Assembly: GCF_006345805.1 (NCBI RefSeq)
Contig: NC_043013.1
Coordinates: forward strand, 34,782,001-34,846,000
DNA: 64,000 nucleotides
Direction: 5' to 3'
Source: Octopus sinensis
Lineage: Eukaryota
Under the pieces are notes generated by a model, which worked only from the letters and a program-made list of their open reading frames with translations, was not told the DNA's origin and ran no database searches. Of the stretch, positions 25,620 to 38,666 are shown piece by piece; positions within the stretch are counted from its first letter, which is position 1; every line of letters starts with the position of its first letter. The position numbers were made by a program, and so were the translations under genes.

Positions 25620-26095
25620 GTCTGTCTGTCTGTCTCTTCTCTCTCTCTCTCTCACACACACTCTCTCTTTCACACACACACACTCTCTCTCACACACACT
25701 CTCTCTCTCTCTCTCTCTCCTCTATATATATATATATATATATATATAGTTCTAATTTACAGGAAACAAAAGATGAAGATGGGTAAAAGAACTACAAGCA
25801 GCTGTATTAGTTTGATGCTAGGGAAGAATGGAAAAGTCTTTGACATATTATTGACCCTACACTCATATACAGATGTGTGTCTATATGCATACATACATAC
25901 ATACAAACATACATACATACATACATATATTTCTATTCCTGAGCGTTATACTAATACATCTGTTTGTTTTGTACACCACCTGTCTTTGTCTTTTGTTTTT
26001 TTCGTAAACTCTCCATATATATATATATATATATAATATATATATATACAATATATATATATCATTTATATATATATATAATATAATAATATATA

Positions 26096-26126
<31 letters not shown>

Positions 26127-26161
26127 GATATCTATATATATATATATATATATATAGATAG

Positions 26162-26195
<34 letters not shown>

Positions 26196-26525
26196 TACTC
26201 ACACAACACACACATACACATACATAAACATGCACTCACATATACATCAATAAACCTTAAAAGTTTTGCCCAGTTAGCTTTGTGTAATCTTTAACATGCA
26301 ATAGCTTTAACATTTAACACACAACGAATCATTTTATTAGATAAACTGTAGATTACAATCGAGAATGTTTCTCATTATTATTAAATTCAATTTAAACTTA
26401 TAAATTATCATATTCCACTATTATCTAATTGTTGCCTTAATTACTTCATCTAACTGGATACATATATAAATTGATGCATAGACAATTGTCTACACTTGAG
26501 GCACTTTATGATGTGTATCTAGTTT

Positions 26526-26583
<58 letters not shown>

Positions 26584-26899
26584 ACACACACACCACACAC
26601 ACATGTACTTGAACTCCAAACACATCTAGATTCTTAGACAGGTCAACACACACACTCCTCGTGTAAGTTAATGTACCTTTAACAGTTTTTACCTGAATTA
26701 CATTAATATAGCTTTAAAGTTGTCTGAATGCTACCTGAAATCCCAGTTCATGAATGAAGAAATGAAAATTTCTACAGCCTTGTCTACTTATATATGGTAA
26801 GAGAAAGTCAATTTCATAGATAAATAGTCATGAATTAATTAAATGGTGCATGCTACCAGGTCTTACTCCTTTGCAGATGACAGATATAGTTTATATATT

Positions 26900-27304
26900 A
26901 CTCTTTGAGTCTTTTACTTGCTTCAGTCATTTGACTGTGGCCATGCTGGAGCACCGTCCTTAGTCTAGCAAATCAACACCAGGACTTATTCTTAGTAAGC
27001 TTAGTACTTATTCTATCGGTCTCTTATTTCAACCCACCAAGTTACAGTGACGCAAACACACCAGCATTGGTTGTCAAGCGATGTTGGTGGGACAAACACA
27101 GACACACAAACACACACACACACACACTATATATATATATATACATATACGACGGGCTTCTTTCAGTTTCTGTCTACCAAATCCACTCACAAGGCTTTGG
27201 TCAACCCAGGGCTATAGTAGAAAACACTTGCCCAAGGTGCCAAGCAGTGGGACTGAACTTGGAACCATGTAGTTGGTAAACAAATTACTTACCACACAGC
27301 CACT

Positions 27305-27308
<4 letters not shown>
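26900..27308 (-). mobile_element. Family A SINE, near full length
   Basis: Reverse-complement homology to 16103-16510. Confidence 0.85.
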
Positions 27309-27357
<49 letters not shown>

Positions 27358-27430
27358 GCAGGTTATATATATATATATATATATATACACGCAACAATAT
27401 ATACATATATATATATATATTATATATAAA

Positions 27431-27632
27431 GTTAATCCAAACATGAAAACAAAGAGAAAACACAACAACGCGAGGACGTGGAACAAATATAGTATTATTG
27501 GACGCTCAGGAAGGAAGGAAAGAAGGAGGGTTTAACGTTTCGAGCGGAGCTCTTCGTCGGAAACATAGGAGAAGGAAAGATCCAGAGAAAGGAAGACAGA
27601 GGAAAAAAATCACCAACAGTACACACGAGGTC
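27431..27632 (-). mobile_element. Family G short element (PLE-terminus-like) abutting (TA)n, with hammerhead motif at 27530-27564
   Basis: Minus strand reads GUUU-CCGACGA-A-GAGC-ucc-GCUC-GAAA-CG-UU-AAAC. It is closely similar to the copy at 22350-22555. Confidence 0.7.
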
Positions 27633-27827
27633 CCCACTGCTGATTTGTCAACAACTGGCAGATGAAACTAGTCTATTTCATTCATGGAGCAGTTAACTTC
27701 CATGTCAGTATATATATAGTGTGCACTTCATACAGCATTAAGGTTTTTAACTCTTATTTCTTGTAATACAGATGCTATTCAGCACCCTCAGCTTCAATGT
27801 GATGATTAAATTTTTCATATATATATA

Positions 27828-28060
27828 TTGGGTCGTCCCATAAATAATCTGGTTTTATCAAGTGCATAAATAAAATTTGGAGGGGGATGGGATAAACTAC
27901 CTGCATCAGCCTGCTATAAAAGCAGGTAGTAATTTTACTTGGTAATTATTCTTAGTGTATTCTGCCAGTTTTTATGTTCAGACTGACTAGGTTCAATATC
28001 TCACGCCTATCCGACAATGTCAGTCTACAAATATACAACACCATTGTCAAAATCCCATAT
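27828..28060 (+). mobile_element. 5' end fragment of the same mariner family (TIR plus probable 5' UTR)
   Basis: TA|TTGGGTCGTCCCATAAATA (27828-27846) matches the reverse complement of the 33725-33743 TIR at 18/19 positions. The extent of the downstream sequence is uncertain. Confidence 0.65.
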
Positions 28061-28094
28061 CCATGTGATATTGCATGATTAATACAAAACAAAC

Positions 28095-28510
28095 ATCATC
28101 GTATCATCATCGTTTAACGTCCGCTTTCGATGCTGGCATGGGTTGGATGACTTGACTTTGGACTGGTGAACCAGATGGCTGCACCAGGCTCCAATCTGAT
28201 CTGGCAAAGTTACTACAGCTGGATGCCCTTCCTAATGCAAACCATTTCGAGAGTGTAGTGGGTACTTTTACGTGCCACTGACACAAGGGCCAGTCAGGCA
28301 GTACTGGCAACAGCCATGCTCAAATGGTGTTTTTCACGTGCCACCTGCACAAGAGCCAGTCTAGCAGCACTGGAAACGACCTCGCTTGAATGTCTTTTCA
28401 TGTGCCAGTAAAGCGACGTGGGTAACAATCATGCTTGAATGGTGCTTTTTATGTGCCACCGGCACAGAAGCCAGTTGGCTGCTCTGGTAATGATCACACT
28501 CGGATGGTGC
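28095..28510 (-). mobile_element. Family E element with (GAT)n tail (RTE-type 3' end); other copies at 2520-2668, 15325-15610, 41655-41885 (+), 43000-43370 and 44610-44815
   Basis: Shared CATCATCGTTTAACGTCCG...GCTGGATGCCCTTCCTAA block. Confidence 0.75.
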
Positions 28511-28589
28511 TCTTATCATTCAAGCATTACATGTGACAGAAAAATTTGAATGCTAAAAGGTTAAAAAAAGAGATCATATTGTGTAATAG

Positions 28590-28972
28590 TGGAGGCGCAA
28601 TGGCCCAGTGGTTAGGGCAGCGGACTCGTGGTCATAGGATCGCGGTTTCGATTCCCAGACCGGGCATTGTGAGTGTTTATTGAGCAAAAACACCTAAAAG
28701 CTCCACGAGGCTCTGGCAGGGGTGGTGGTGATCCCTGCTGTACTCTTTCACCACAACTTTCTCTCACTCTTACTTCCTGTTTCTGTTGTACCTGTATTTC
28801 AAAGGGCCGGCCTTGTCACTCTCTGTGTCACGCTGAATATCCCCGAGAACTACGTTAAGGGTACACGTGTCTGTGGAGTGCTCAGCCACTTACACGTTAA
28901 TTTCACGAGCAGGCTGTTCCGTTGATTCGGATCAACCGGAACCCTCGTCGTCGTAACCGACGGAGTGCTTCC
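28590..28972 (+). mobile_element. Family B tRNA-derived SINE (Arg-like TCG loop)
   Basis: TGGCCCAGTGG A box and GGTTTCGATTCCC B box. The 3' half is shared with 2718-3040. Confidence 0.8.
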
Positions 28973-29364
28973 TTATTGTGTAACAATAAAGCTCTAGTTA
29001 CAGTGTCTGAAACAGAAAGGTTATGGATGCTACTGAAACGCCTTTGATCATAGATCTACTCAGAATTTACCTGGGGCTATACATGGTCACTTGTACTGTT
29101 AGAAATAGCAGCTAAATCTCCATTGATTACAATTCTAGTAGCTTTATAGTGGAAAAGTCATAGTGCTCTATAAAGTTCTTGATACCCAATATTTGGAAAA
29201 TAAAAGTGGTGTGTTTGTTGGATCGCAGAGTTGATCCAGATAGAACTTAAACTATACAATGTAAGAGAAATACACTATGTGAGATGATACTGTGGCCTGT
29301 TAAAACCATTATTAAAGGAAGTGTGGAGGGGAGAAAGGAGAAGAGTACAGCAGTAAAAATTAAT

Positions 29365-29725
29365 GAATGCAGGAGTGGCTGTGTGGTAAGTAGCTTGCTT
29401 ACCAGCCACATGGTTCCGGATTCAGCCCCACTGCATGGCAACTTGGGCAAGTATCTATTACTATAGCCTTGGGCCGACCAAAGCCTTGTGTGTGTGTGTG
29501 TGTGCGTGTTTGTGTGTCTGTGTTTGCCCCCCCCCCCCCAACATCGGTTGACAACTGATGCTGGTGTGTTTACATCACCGTAACTTAGCAGTTTGGCAAA
29601 AGAGACCACTAGAATAAGTACTAGGCTTACAAAAAATAAGTCCTGGGGTCGATTTGCTCGACTAAAGGCAGTGCTCCAGCATGGCTGCAATCAAATGACT
29701 GAAACTAGTAAAAGAGTAAAAGAGT
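29365..29725 (+). mobile_element. Family A SINE
   Basis: Head, body and TAAAAGAG tail present; part of the centre is deleted. Confidence 0.85.
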
Positions 29726-32082
29726 AATTGTTAAGGAATAAGAGAGAAATCATTAGCCACAGGCATGAGTTTCCATACCCGACCATGACAGGTATGAAGG
29801 ATGCTAGTTTACCTATGTTAATAATGGTAGTCTCTCAAGTTTGAGAGAAAGATGGTTCTGCAATTTTATTCTGAACAACCACAATGATATTGGTTATGGT
29901 GGTCAAATGATCGTGTTGCACATTTAGCACACTCTCAATCAAATCAATATTGCCTGTACAGATGCATGGAATTCCACACGTCATATGTCGAAAGAGATTA
30001 CAGAGCAATGGGCGATGAAGTAATTTTGCTGAAGTAAAAAAAAACATGCTGCCTAGTTTGGGAATTGAACCCACAATCTCATGATCATGAAAGCGAAATC
30101 CCAACCACTAGGCCATGTGCTTTCGTATACATTATAACAGCACACTTATGACTGCACCAAAAGTTGAGAAAATATAATTTATTCAATATTTTGTCTCCAA
30201 ATAATTAATATTTTACATCTTTATCTTAATATAATACATCAAGCACTACATTTTATTTCCTCTTTGCATGATGACTTCATAGAATCAAACTTCACTTTTG
30301 ATTGTAGCATTTGGCTGCTGTGTCTAGCAGATGAAACCCCAACGTATTCAACACTGCCTAGTTTTCTTGCCTATCCCTTCCCCACTTGCTTTATTAAACA
30401 GCATGGTGCCTTTTAATTCTTGCAATCATTATTTTATTTTATTTTATTTTATTTTATTTTATTTTATTTTATTCATTTTTCTACCTCCTGTAGGGTGTCT
30501 TAAAATATTTATATTTTTTTACTTACAAAATGCCAGAATATCAAATTTACTTTATATTTACTGCCAGTCAAAGAACTACATAGAGGCTTTCTCTTTGATT
30601 TGTTTAAGCAGTAATATTTTGGTATATGGCAAATGGCTAACAAAATTTTATTACAGCATATATATCTCACTCAGATGCACTTTGCTACTCATATTTACTG
30701 CCTAAATAAAAATAAAATTTAATTTCAAATTAAAAAAAAAAAAAGAAAAACAAATTTGCTGATGAAGATTTAAAACTCAGCTAATCAAACAATCATAAAC
30801 ACTACAACTTTTAATTCTTCGCACACCACAAATCCACCCCAATATACCCAGGGTATTTTTAATGAAAAAGTAAACAAAATCCGATCAAATGAACTTAAAA
30901 AGGTAAAGGCTGAAAGAAATGGTAGAAAGCAATTTGATGGTGGGGGTGGGGGGAGTCTTTTAACCATGTCAGTTTTTCCCTCCTCAATCTCAAAGATCTT
31001 TTTAAAAAAGCATCTGTGGAAAGTATTTATTTACATAAAAGAAATCTGTTCCGAGAGACAAGACTTTAAAGGATATACTTCTTACTCAGCTATAAATTAG
31101 GGGTGGATCTTTCTAACCTCAAACCTACATATATAAGGGTAGACAGGTTCAGATAAACTGATTTAGTAAGCATATATATATATATATATATATATATATT
31201 CTTTGAAATTTGAGTTTAATGAAAGGAAAGGATAGAAAATTTCTCAAAACTAACAAGCATTTTGTGTATGCGTGCGTATGTGTGTATGTGTGTGTGTGTC
31301 TGTGGTGTGTGGTGTATGTGCATGTGGGTATATGTGCATGTGGGTATATGAGCATGTGTGTGTGTGGTGTGTGTGCATGTGTGAGTGTATGTGTATGTGT
31401 GTGTGAGTGTGTGTGTGTATGTGTGGTGTGCATGTGTGTGTGTGGGTGGGTGGGTGTGGTGGGTGTGTTCATGTGCATGTGTGAGTGTATGTCTATGTGT
31501 GTGAATGTGTGTGTGTGGTGGGTGGGTGTGCACGTGTGTGTATGTGCATGTGTGTGCATGTGCACATATGTGTGGTGTGTGTGCATGTGTGTGTGTGTAA
31601 GTGTATGTGTGTGTGTGTGTGTGTATGTATGTGTATGCATGTGTATGTGCATGTGTGTGTGGTAGAGAGTAGGCTTTAAAATACCATGCAATCTAACACC
31701 ACTGCCTGGTCCTTAAGTGCTCTGAATAGAATTTACTGTTGCCAGTTTGAAACATAAAACAACAAAAAAAAAAGATATTTTTTAAAAATGCTACTCTACT
31801 TCGTTACAGCTGTTCCAGCTACACATCATCTGCATAATGTCATCCACCTGGGAGGGCCTTCATATGCCATGAGCACGACCAACCTTTTTTCCTAGGGTTG
31901 CTAGAGTAACTTCCTAACAACTAGCACAAAATTTCCTCCAAAGTAGCAGATTGTGTTGACAGCAGATCAGAAGAAAATTATGTTAGTAAATTAATGGCAC
32001 CTTGGACAAGTGGCTTTTACTATAGCCTCAGGCTGACAAAAGCCTTGTGAGTGGATTTGGTAGATGGAAACTAAAAAGAAGC

Positions 32083-32120
<38 letters not shown>

Positions 32121-32177
32121 ACCGTCCGACCCATGCTAGCATGGAGAATGGATGTTAAACAATGATGATGATGACGA

Positions 32178-32222
<45 letters not shown>

Positions 32223-32644
32223 ATATATATATGTGTATATATTTATGTGTGTGCATCTTTGTGTCTGGTTGACCTTTCCCCACTGCCATCACTTGACAAC
32301 CAGTGTTGGTGTGTTTACATCCCTGTAACTTAGCGGTTGTGCAAAAGAAAAAAAGAAATAAAGAAGAAAGAATAAGTACTCAGCTTACAAAGAATAATTA
32401 GTCCTGGGATTGATTTCTTTGATGAAAGAACCCTTTAAGGTAGTGCTGCAGCATGAGCACAGTCAAATGACTGAAATGAATAAAAGAATAAAAGAATAAA
32501 AGAATATAGGTGCAGATGTGGCTGTATGATAAGAAGCTTGCTTACCAACCACATGTTTCTGGGTTCAGTCCCACTGCGTGACATCTTAGGCAGGTGTCTT
32601 CTGCTATAGCTTTGGGCCAGCCAAAGCCTTGTGAGAAGCCCTAA

Positions 32645-33745
32645 GTTACAAAGGAGTATATTCACATATTTTGCTTCATGAGTTCAATAAAGGCAACAAT
32701 GCAATGGAAAGTGCAAGGAATGTTAATGCAGTATATGGGGATCAGACAATAAGTGTAAGCCAGTGTCAACAGTGATTCCAGGAATTCCGAGTCGGAAACT
32801 ACAGCCTAGAAGACGAGCATCACCCTGGAAGAATTGCAGAGCTCGATGAGGACGTTCTGCGAACCCTGGTGAAACAAAATCCCATAGTAACTGTTGAGGA
32901 ACTAGTATAGGTGCTTGGATTTGGTCATTCAACCATTCACCGACACATGAGTGCCATCGGAAAAGTCGGCAAATTCGGTCAATGGGTTCCTCAAAAACTT
33001 TCCAAGTCTAATCACTTGCAGGGTGGGAATGTGTGCTCTTTTTCGCTGTCACATCTCATGAATGAACCTTTTTTAGACCGATTAGTGACTGGTGATGATA
33101 AAATGGATTCTCTATAAAAATGTGAAGCACTGAAAACAGTGGGTAGGGAAAGGAGAAACACAGGCGCCCCAGGCTAAAGAAGGTCTTCACCCTCGTAAGA
33201 TGTTATTATCTGTGTGGAGGGATATACAAGGTTTAGTCTACTTTGAACTTCTAAATCCAAACCAAACAATAGCAAAGGAGATCTACTGCAAGCAGCTCGA
33301 GTGGCTTAAGTCAGTACTAGTAGGAAAATTACTACCTTTTCTTTCAAGACGAAAGGTGTTCTTCCATCAAAATAATGCTCGGCCACATACAGCGAGGACG
33401 ACATTCAAAAGGCTGGAGCAGTTTGAAAGGGAAATGATGCTGCACCCACCATATTCGCCAGACATTTCCCCATCTGATTATCATTTATTCCACAGTCTTC
33501 AAAATCATTTGGATGGAAAAAAATATGAATTTTGCAGACAAGGTCAGAACAATACTGGAGGAGTATTTTTTGTCACGGACAGGTGAATTTTAGAAGTGGG
33601 GGCCTTGCAAATTTACCTGGTAGATGGAAGAGCATTGTATAAATTGAAGGAGAGTATGTTTTAGATTAAAAAAGAACTTGGTTTAATGTTAATTTTGAAA
33701 AATAAAAGAAGTATAAAAAAACAATATTTATGGGATGACCCAATA
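32645..33745 (+). mobile_element. Mariner (DD34D-type) transposon relic with 3' TIR; transposase broken by frameshifts and stops
   Basis: N-terminal HTH-like segment (EFNKGNNA..ARNVNAVYG). Motifs WVPQKL, LVTGD, HQNNARPH and HPPYSPDISPSDYHLFHSLQNHL. 3' TIR TATTTATGGGATGACCCAA followed by TA (33725-33745). Confidence 0.93.
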
Positions 33746-33809
33746 TATAAATATGTATGTATGTATGTATGTATGTCCATCCACTTTGTATTTACTTTTC
33801 TATATTTGC

Positions 33810-34270
33810 AGGAGTTTCACAGGTCCTTTCCAGTGCAGTATCTCACCAAATGCGAAATCCCTTTGCCATTTTCTATGCAAGTTTCAACATCCTAGAACCA
33901 ACGTTTACAGCTTCTTCTCAGAATTTCCATGGGTCCCCCTTCTGACTATCTTTTTTTTTCCATTTTGTTTAACATTGCCACTTTTTTTTACCCATTTGTT
34001 ATCATTCATACATATTTTATATCAACAGAGTCTTTTCTCTCACATACTATATAGCTGCAGAGTCTTTTCTCCCTCATACTCAAACTGTTTCTGCTTGTAT
34101 CTCATTTATCTCTCTGCTCATCTGCACTACATCTTCATACATATTAACATTACACATCCAGTGGAGCTTGTTTACTTCATTTCTTGCCAATTTCTTCACA
34201 TCTTTTGCATTTAGTGCTCATGCCACACTAATATATACAAGCTGCATAAACTCTACTCTTTGCTCAGAAA
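33810..34270 (-). mobile_element. RTE-type LINE 3' end relic
   Basis: Minus translation ALNAKDVKKLARNEVNKLHWMCNV (cf. RTE WAL...LERNE.SMLRWMCNV), followed by a decayed RGRP-like segment. Confidence 0.65.
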
Positions 34271-34523
34271 GAATACCTTGAATGTCAGTTCTAATTTAAT
34301 TAGTCAATAATTACGACAATGATTAATGACATTCTACAAAATTTACCTTTACAAAAATTATAATTTAAGAATAACATGTAGCACAATTTAAAAATAACAA
34401 ACACACATATATATAATAGCAGTATACAGTCCTGAAATAAAGTGTAATGCCCAACATTTAGCCGAATTTGGCAATAATTTTTCTCTTTGTGACCATTTCA
34501 CAAGAATTACATCACAACCTGTT

Positions 34524-34656
34524 TCATAGGTAACTTTCTGAGATTCCACTTTTATTGTGAGCAAGATCTCCGGTATCGATATAATTTAATCCCTTTCTCC
34601 CATCATATTCCCTGGCCCTGAATGTGACAGATTCTGCTCTTTTTTCTGACCAAACA
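34524..34656 (-). CDS. Candidate terminal coding exon of an unidentified gene (VWSEKRAESVTFRAREYDGRKGLNYIDTGDLAHNKSGISESYL*)
   Basis: Strong acceptor TGTTTTCCTTTTTTTTCAG| at 34657, 43 open codons of normal composition in non-repeat DNA, and AT-rich UTR-like sequence downstream. No upstream exon or homology is recognised. Confidence 0.3.
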
Positions 34657-34689
34657 CTGAAAAAAAAGGAAAACATTTTTTTTTTGCAG

Positions 34690-34734
34690 GTCAATCTAGT
34701 AGCATTTTGGTGGGACACATCCACCCGTCTGTGT
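34690..34734 (+). CDS. Candidate 45-nt internal exon (VNLVAFWWDTSTRLC in frame 0)
   Basis: Acceptor T-run plus GCAG|G and donor |GTGAGT; length is a multiple of 3. No homology recognised. Confidence 0.2.
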
Positions 34735-35392
34735 GTGAGTAAGGTAATAACTGATATAGTCATTGGATCGGTAACTAGAATGACTTTTGGTACACATACT
34801 GACTGTCTGCATTCTGATTTCAAATTTTACAAAAGTCAACATTGTTATTCATCTCCTCAGGGTTGATAAATAAAGCACTTTTCCAGCACTATGGCTCCTT
34901 CTCTGTCTTCTCGGCATCCTTTCTCTCTACATTGCTCCTCTGCTCACTCTCTCTCTCTTTCCATTCCCATTCTCTCTCACCCTCCTCTTCGAAATATAAC
35001 TATGATCAGTCTTGGAGATGGCTCGGCCCAGCCAAGATTCAAACATTTGATAAACGTTGTATGTTACATCAGTGTCACTAGAGATTCACCAGAAATCAGA
35101 TCCCCACCGACCTAAATATGAAGCAACAGCAACATCTCATTCATAGAAACAATACTCTAATATAGGTCATGCATTAGCTTCAACGAACAATAATACATTC
35201 TAACTATGGTTACAGTAGGCGCAAGCATGGCTGTGTGGTAAGAAGCTTGCTTTCCAACCATATGGTTCTGAGTTCAGTCCCACTGTGTGACACTTTGGGC
35301 AAGTGTCTTTTTCTATAGTCTCAGGTGAACCAAAGCCTTGTGAGTGGATTTGGTAGACAGAAACTGAAGGAAGCCAATTGTGTGTATGTATA

Positions 35393-36784
35393 TATATATA
35401 TATATAATATATATATATATAATATATATATGTATATATATGTTTATGTATATGTATTTATGTGTGTGTCTTTGTGTCTTAACAACTGAAGCTGATGTGT
35501 TTACATCCCCGTAACTTAGTAGTTCAGCAAAAGAGACTGATAGACTAAGTACTAGGCTTACAAAGAATAAGTCCTGAGGTCGATTTCTTCAACTAAAACC
35601 CCTTCAAGGCGGTGCTCCAGTTCACTCAGCTGTAGAAATGATTTGCAATATCACTGGTGCCAAGCAATATTGGTCTTTGTCTTTCCCTTGGGTAACATCA
35701 GTGATATGGAGAGGAGAGGCTGGTATGCATGGGCAATGGCTGGTCTTCCGTAAACAACCTTGCACGGATTTATGCTTCGGAGGGTAACTTTCTAGGTGCA
35801 GTCCCATGGTCACTCATGACTGTAGGGGTCCTTTATCCTCTTAATGAACAGCCCAAATGTGACATGATTAAGTATATTTGTGGTCAAAGATGCTGGAACC
35901 ATGATCAACCTGTCCTTGGGGACAGTTTGCCTCAATGCATTAACCAGTATGACCTTCTTTTTTTAAGACAACAGAGAGTGATTTGAGAAAATCATGGTTG
36001 CTGTATCTAGCAGGTGAAGCAACCCCTGGTTGTATATACCAAAATGCTAACAGTAAAAATTATTTGAAGAATATATATGTGTATATATATATATATAATA
36101 TATATATATATATTATATATATATATATATAATATATATATGTATATATATGTTTATGTATATGTATTTATGTGTGTGTCTTTGTGTCTTAACAACTGAA
36201 GCTGATGTGTTTACATCCCCGTAACTTAGTAGTTCAGCAAAAGAGACTGATAGACTAAGTACTAGGCTTACAAAGAATAAGTCCTGAGGTCGATTTCTTC
36301 AACTAAAACCCCTTCAAGGCGGTGCTCCAGTTCACTCAGCTGTAGAAATGATTTGCAATATCACTGGTGCCAAGCAATATTGGTCTTTGTCTTTCCCTTG
36401 GGTAACATCAGTGATATGGAGAGGAGAGGCTGGTATGCATGGGCAATGGCTGGTCTTCCGTAAACAACCTTGCACGGATTTATGCTTCGGAGGGTAACTT
36501 TCTAGGTGCAGTCCCATGGTCACTCATGACTGTAGGGGTCCTTTATCCTCTTAATGAACAGCCCAAATGTGACATGATTAAGTATATTTGTGGTCAAAGA
36601 TGCTGGAACCATGATCAACCTGTCCTTGGGGACAGTTTGCCTCAAATGCATTAACCAGTATGACCTTCTTTTTTTAAGACAACAGAGAGTGATTTGAGAA
36701 AATCATGGTTGCTGTATCTAGCAGGTGAAGCAACCCCTGGTTGTATATACCAAAATGCTAACAGTAAAAATTATTTGAAGAATA

Positions 36785-36820
<36 letters not shown>
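35393..36820. repeat. Near-identical 710-bp tandem duplication with (TA)n breakpoints
   Basis: The ORF track shows identical ORFs offset by 710 (35622/36332 and 35729/36439). One 1-bp indel (CCTCAATG vs CCTCAAATG) is visible outside the TA tracts. Confidence 0.92.
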
Positions 36821-36825
<5 letters not shown>

Positions 36826-37047
36826 AAAAAGATTATAGAAGGAATGAAAAGAAAGCTGTCAGGTGTTGCAAAGTAGATAACCCCAAGTGAAGCAATATAT
36901 AATTAAATGTCTGAGCCCCATTAAGAGGGTGACAAAAAGATGGGGAACATTACTACAGAGTAAGATTTACAACACATGAACTAACCCTAATAAAATACAA
37001 TGTCATTGCATCATAGAATTTCACCCCAGGTTAGCACAAATGTAAAA

Positions 37048-37322
37048 AAAAATCAGTTTAACCTTTCCATGATGATGTTTCTAATGGAAAATATACAGTT
37101 TTTGTGCTTCAATTAACTCTGGAAACAATTAAAGATTTGGAGGGATTAAGTAAAATAACTAACATTTCCCTTATCAAGATGTTGTTTGGAAGACAACAGA
37201 ACAAAAGAGTCTTAGATAAAATTATGATAGAAGGTTTTAATTTAGATATGAACATTTTAGAATGGGAGGTTTTTGTTTCATGAAACCAAGGGCGGTCTCT
37301 GTCGTGATATCAATAGAAAATT
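37048..37322. mobile_element. Possible old piggyBac-like MITE relic
   Basis: Begins TTAACCTTT and has a decayed AT-rich body. A similar TTAA-type end (GAATGCTAAAAGGTTAA) occurs at 28547-28563. Confidence 0.3.
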
Positions 37323-37699
37323 TGCACAATCATGTGAAATAATTTTTCTTCACCTTTCGATTCCAACATCTGCTCAGGTATCATGTTTTGACAGTATTGT
37401 ACAAAAATCCACATGAAACTGTATTTTCATTTATATTCATTCATTCATTTTATTTATTTACCTTGAATAGGTTATTGAAAACATTTACAAAAGGAAGATG
37501 ATAAGCAATAGGAAATTAATTCAAAAAATTAAATACGAAAGGCAAAAACCCCAAAATGAATAAATAAACCTAAAAACAAAGATAAAAATAAAATAAAAAG
37601 CCAATCAAAATAGAAGAGCAAAAAAAAAATTAACCACCGTGGAGCACAAAAAAATTGTTTGGCAAAGGACGTGCAACATAAATTTTTAATACTGAGTTT

Positions 37700-37717
37700 G
37701 GGTGTATGTGTGTGTGC

Positions 37718-37750
<33 letters not shown>

Positions 37751-37942
37751 TGCATACACACATACACAAACATTCACACACATATATACACATACATAAG
37801 CATCTATGTATACATATACATACATATATGTATGCACATACACACACCTCTCTCTCTGTCTCGTATATATATAAACATATACATAAATACACACACACAC
37901 ATATATATACATATGTATATACATATATATATACATATATAT

Positions 37943-38015
<73 letters not shown>

Positions 38016-38524
38016 AGTTTTATATATAGATATATATAGATATATATATATATATGTATATATAATATATATATGCTGCAGAGACAAAAGGAGGTGAGGA
38101 ATTAGTGAGTGTTTGTGGTAGGGAAAAGAGAAGATTGCAAGCATAGAATTAGCTTTCATCTAAGCTTTAGACTGATATTATTGTTTGAGATAAGGAAGTA
38201 AAAGAAAAATGCCAATATTTTCTGTAGAGTCATAAATGAATAGAATTTACAATACCATTTAAGAATAATGTCATAATATGGATGTAGTTAGAGAAATTAT
38301 GGCATTAACTAGTAGGCGAACCATTGCTACCAAATAAGTGTGTTGCATGCGTACGTGTGTGTGTGTGTGTATGTATGTATATGCCACATGCAGAGCTTAG
38401 ACACATCTCTATTGCTACATTCTGTATATGGACATAAATATGTATATAAGAGTTTACCTGCATTATCTATTCATGTATCTATATGTGAGAACTTTATATA
38501 AGTATACACACATATACAGATCTG

Positions 38525-38556
<32 letters not shown>

Positions 38557-38619
38557 AATGTATGAACACACATACATATCTGTGTACTTATATATATATA
38601 TATGTGTGTGTGTGTATAC

Positions 38620-38666
<47 letters not shown>

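Noticed and set aside
30758-30782. GCTGATGAAGATTTAAAACTCAGC hammerhead-like string
   Set aside because: It lacks G12 and helix II; it is just a short inverted repeat.
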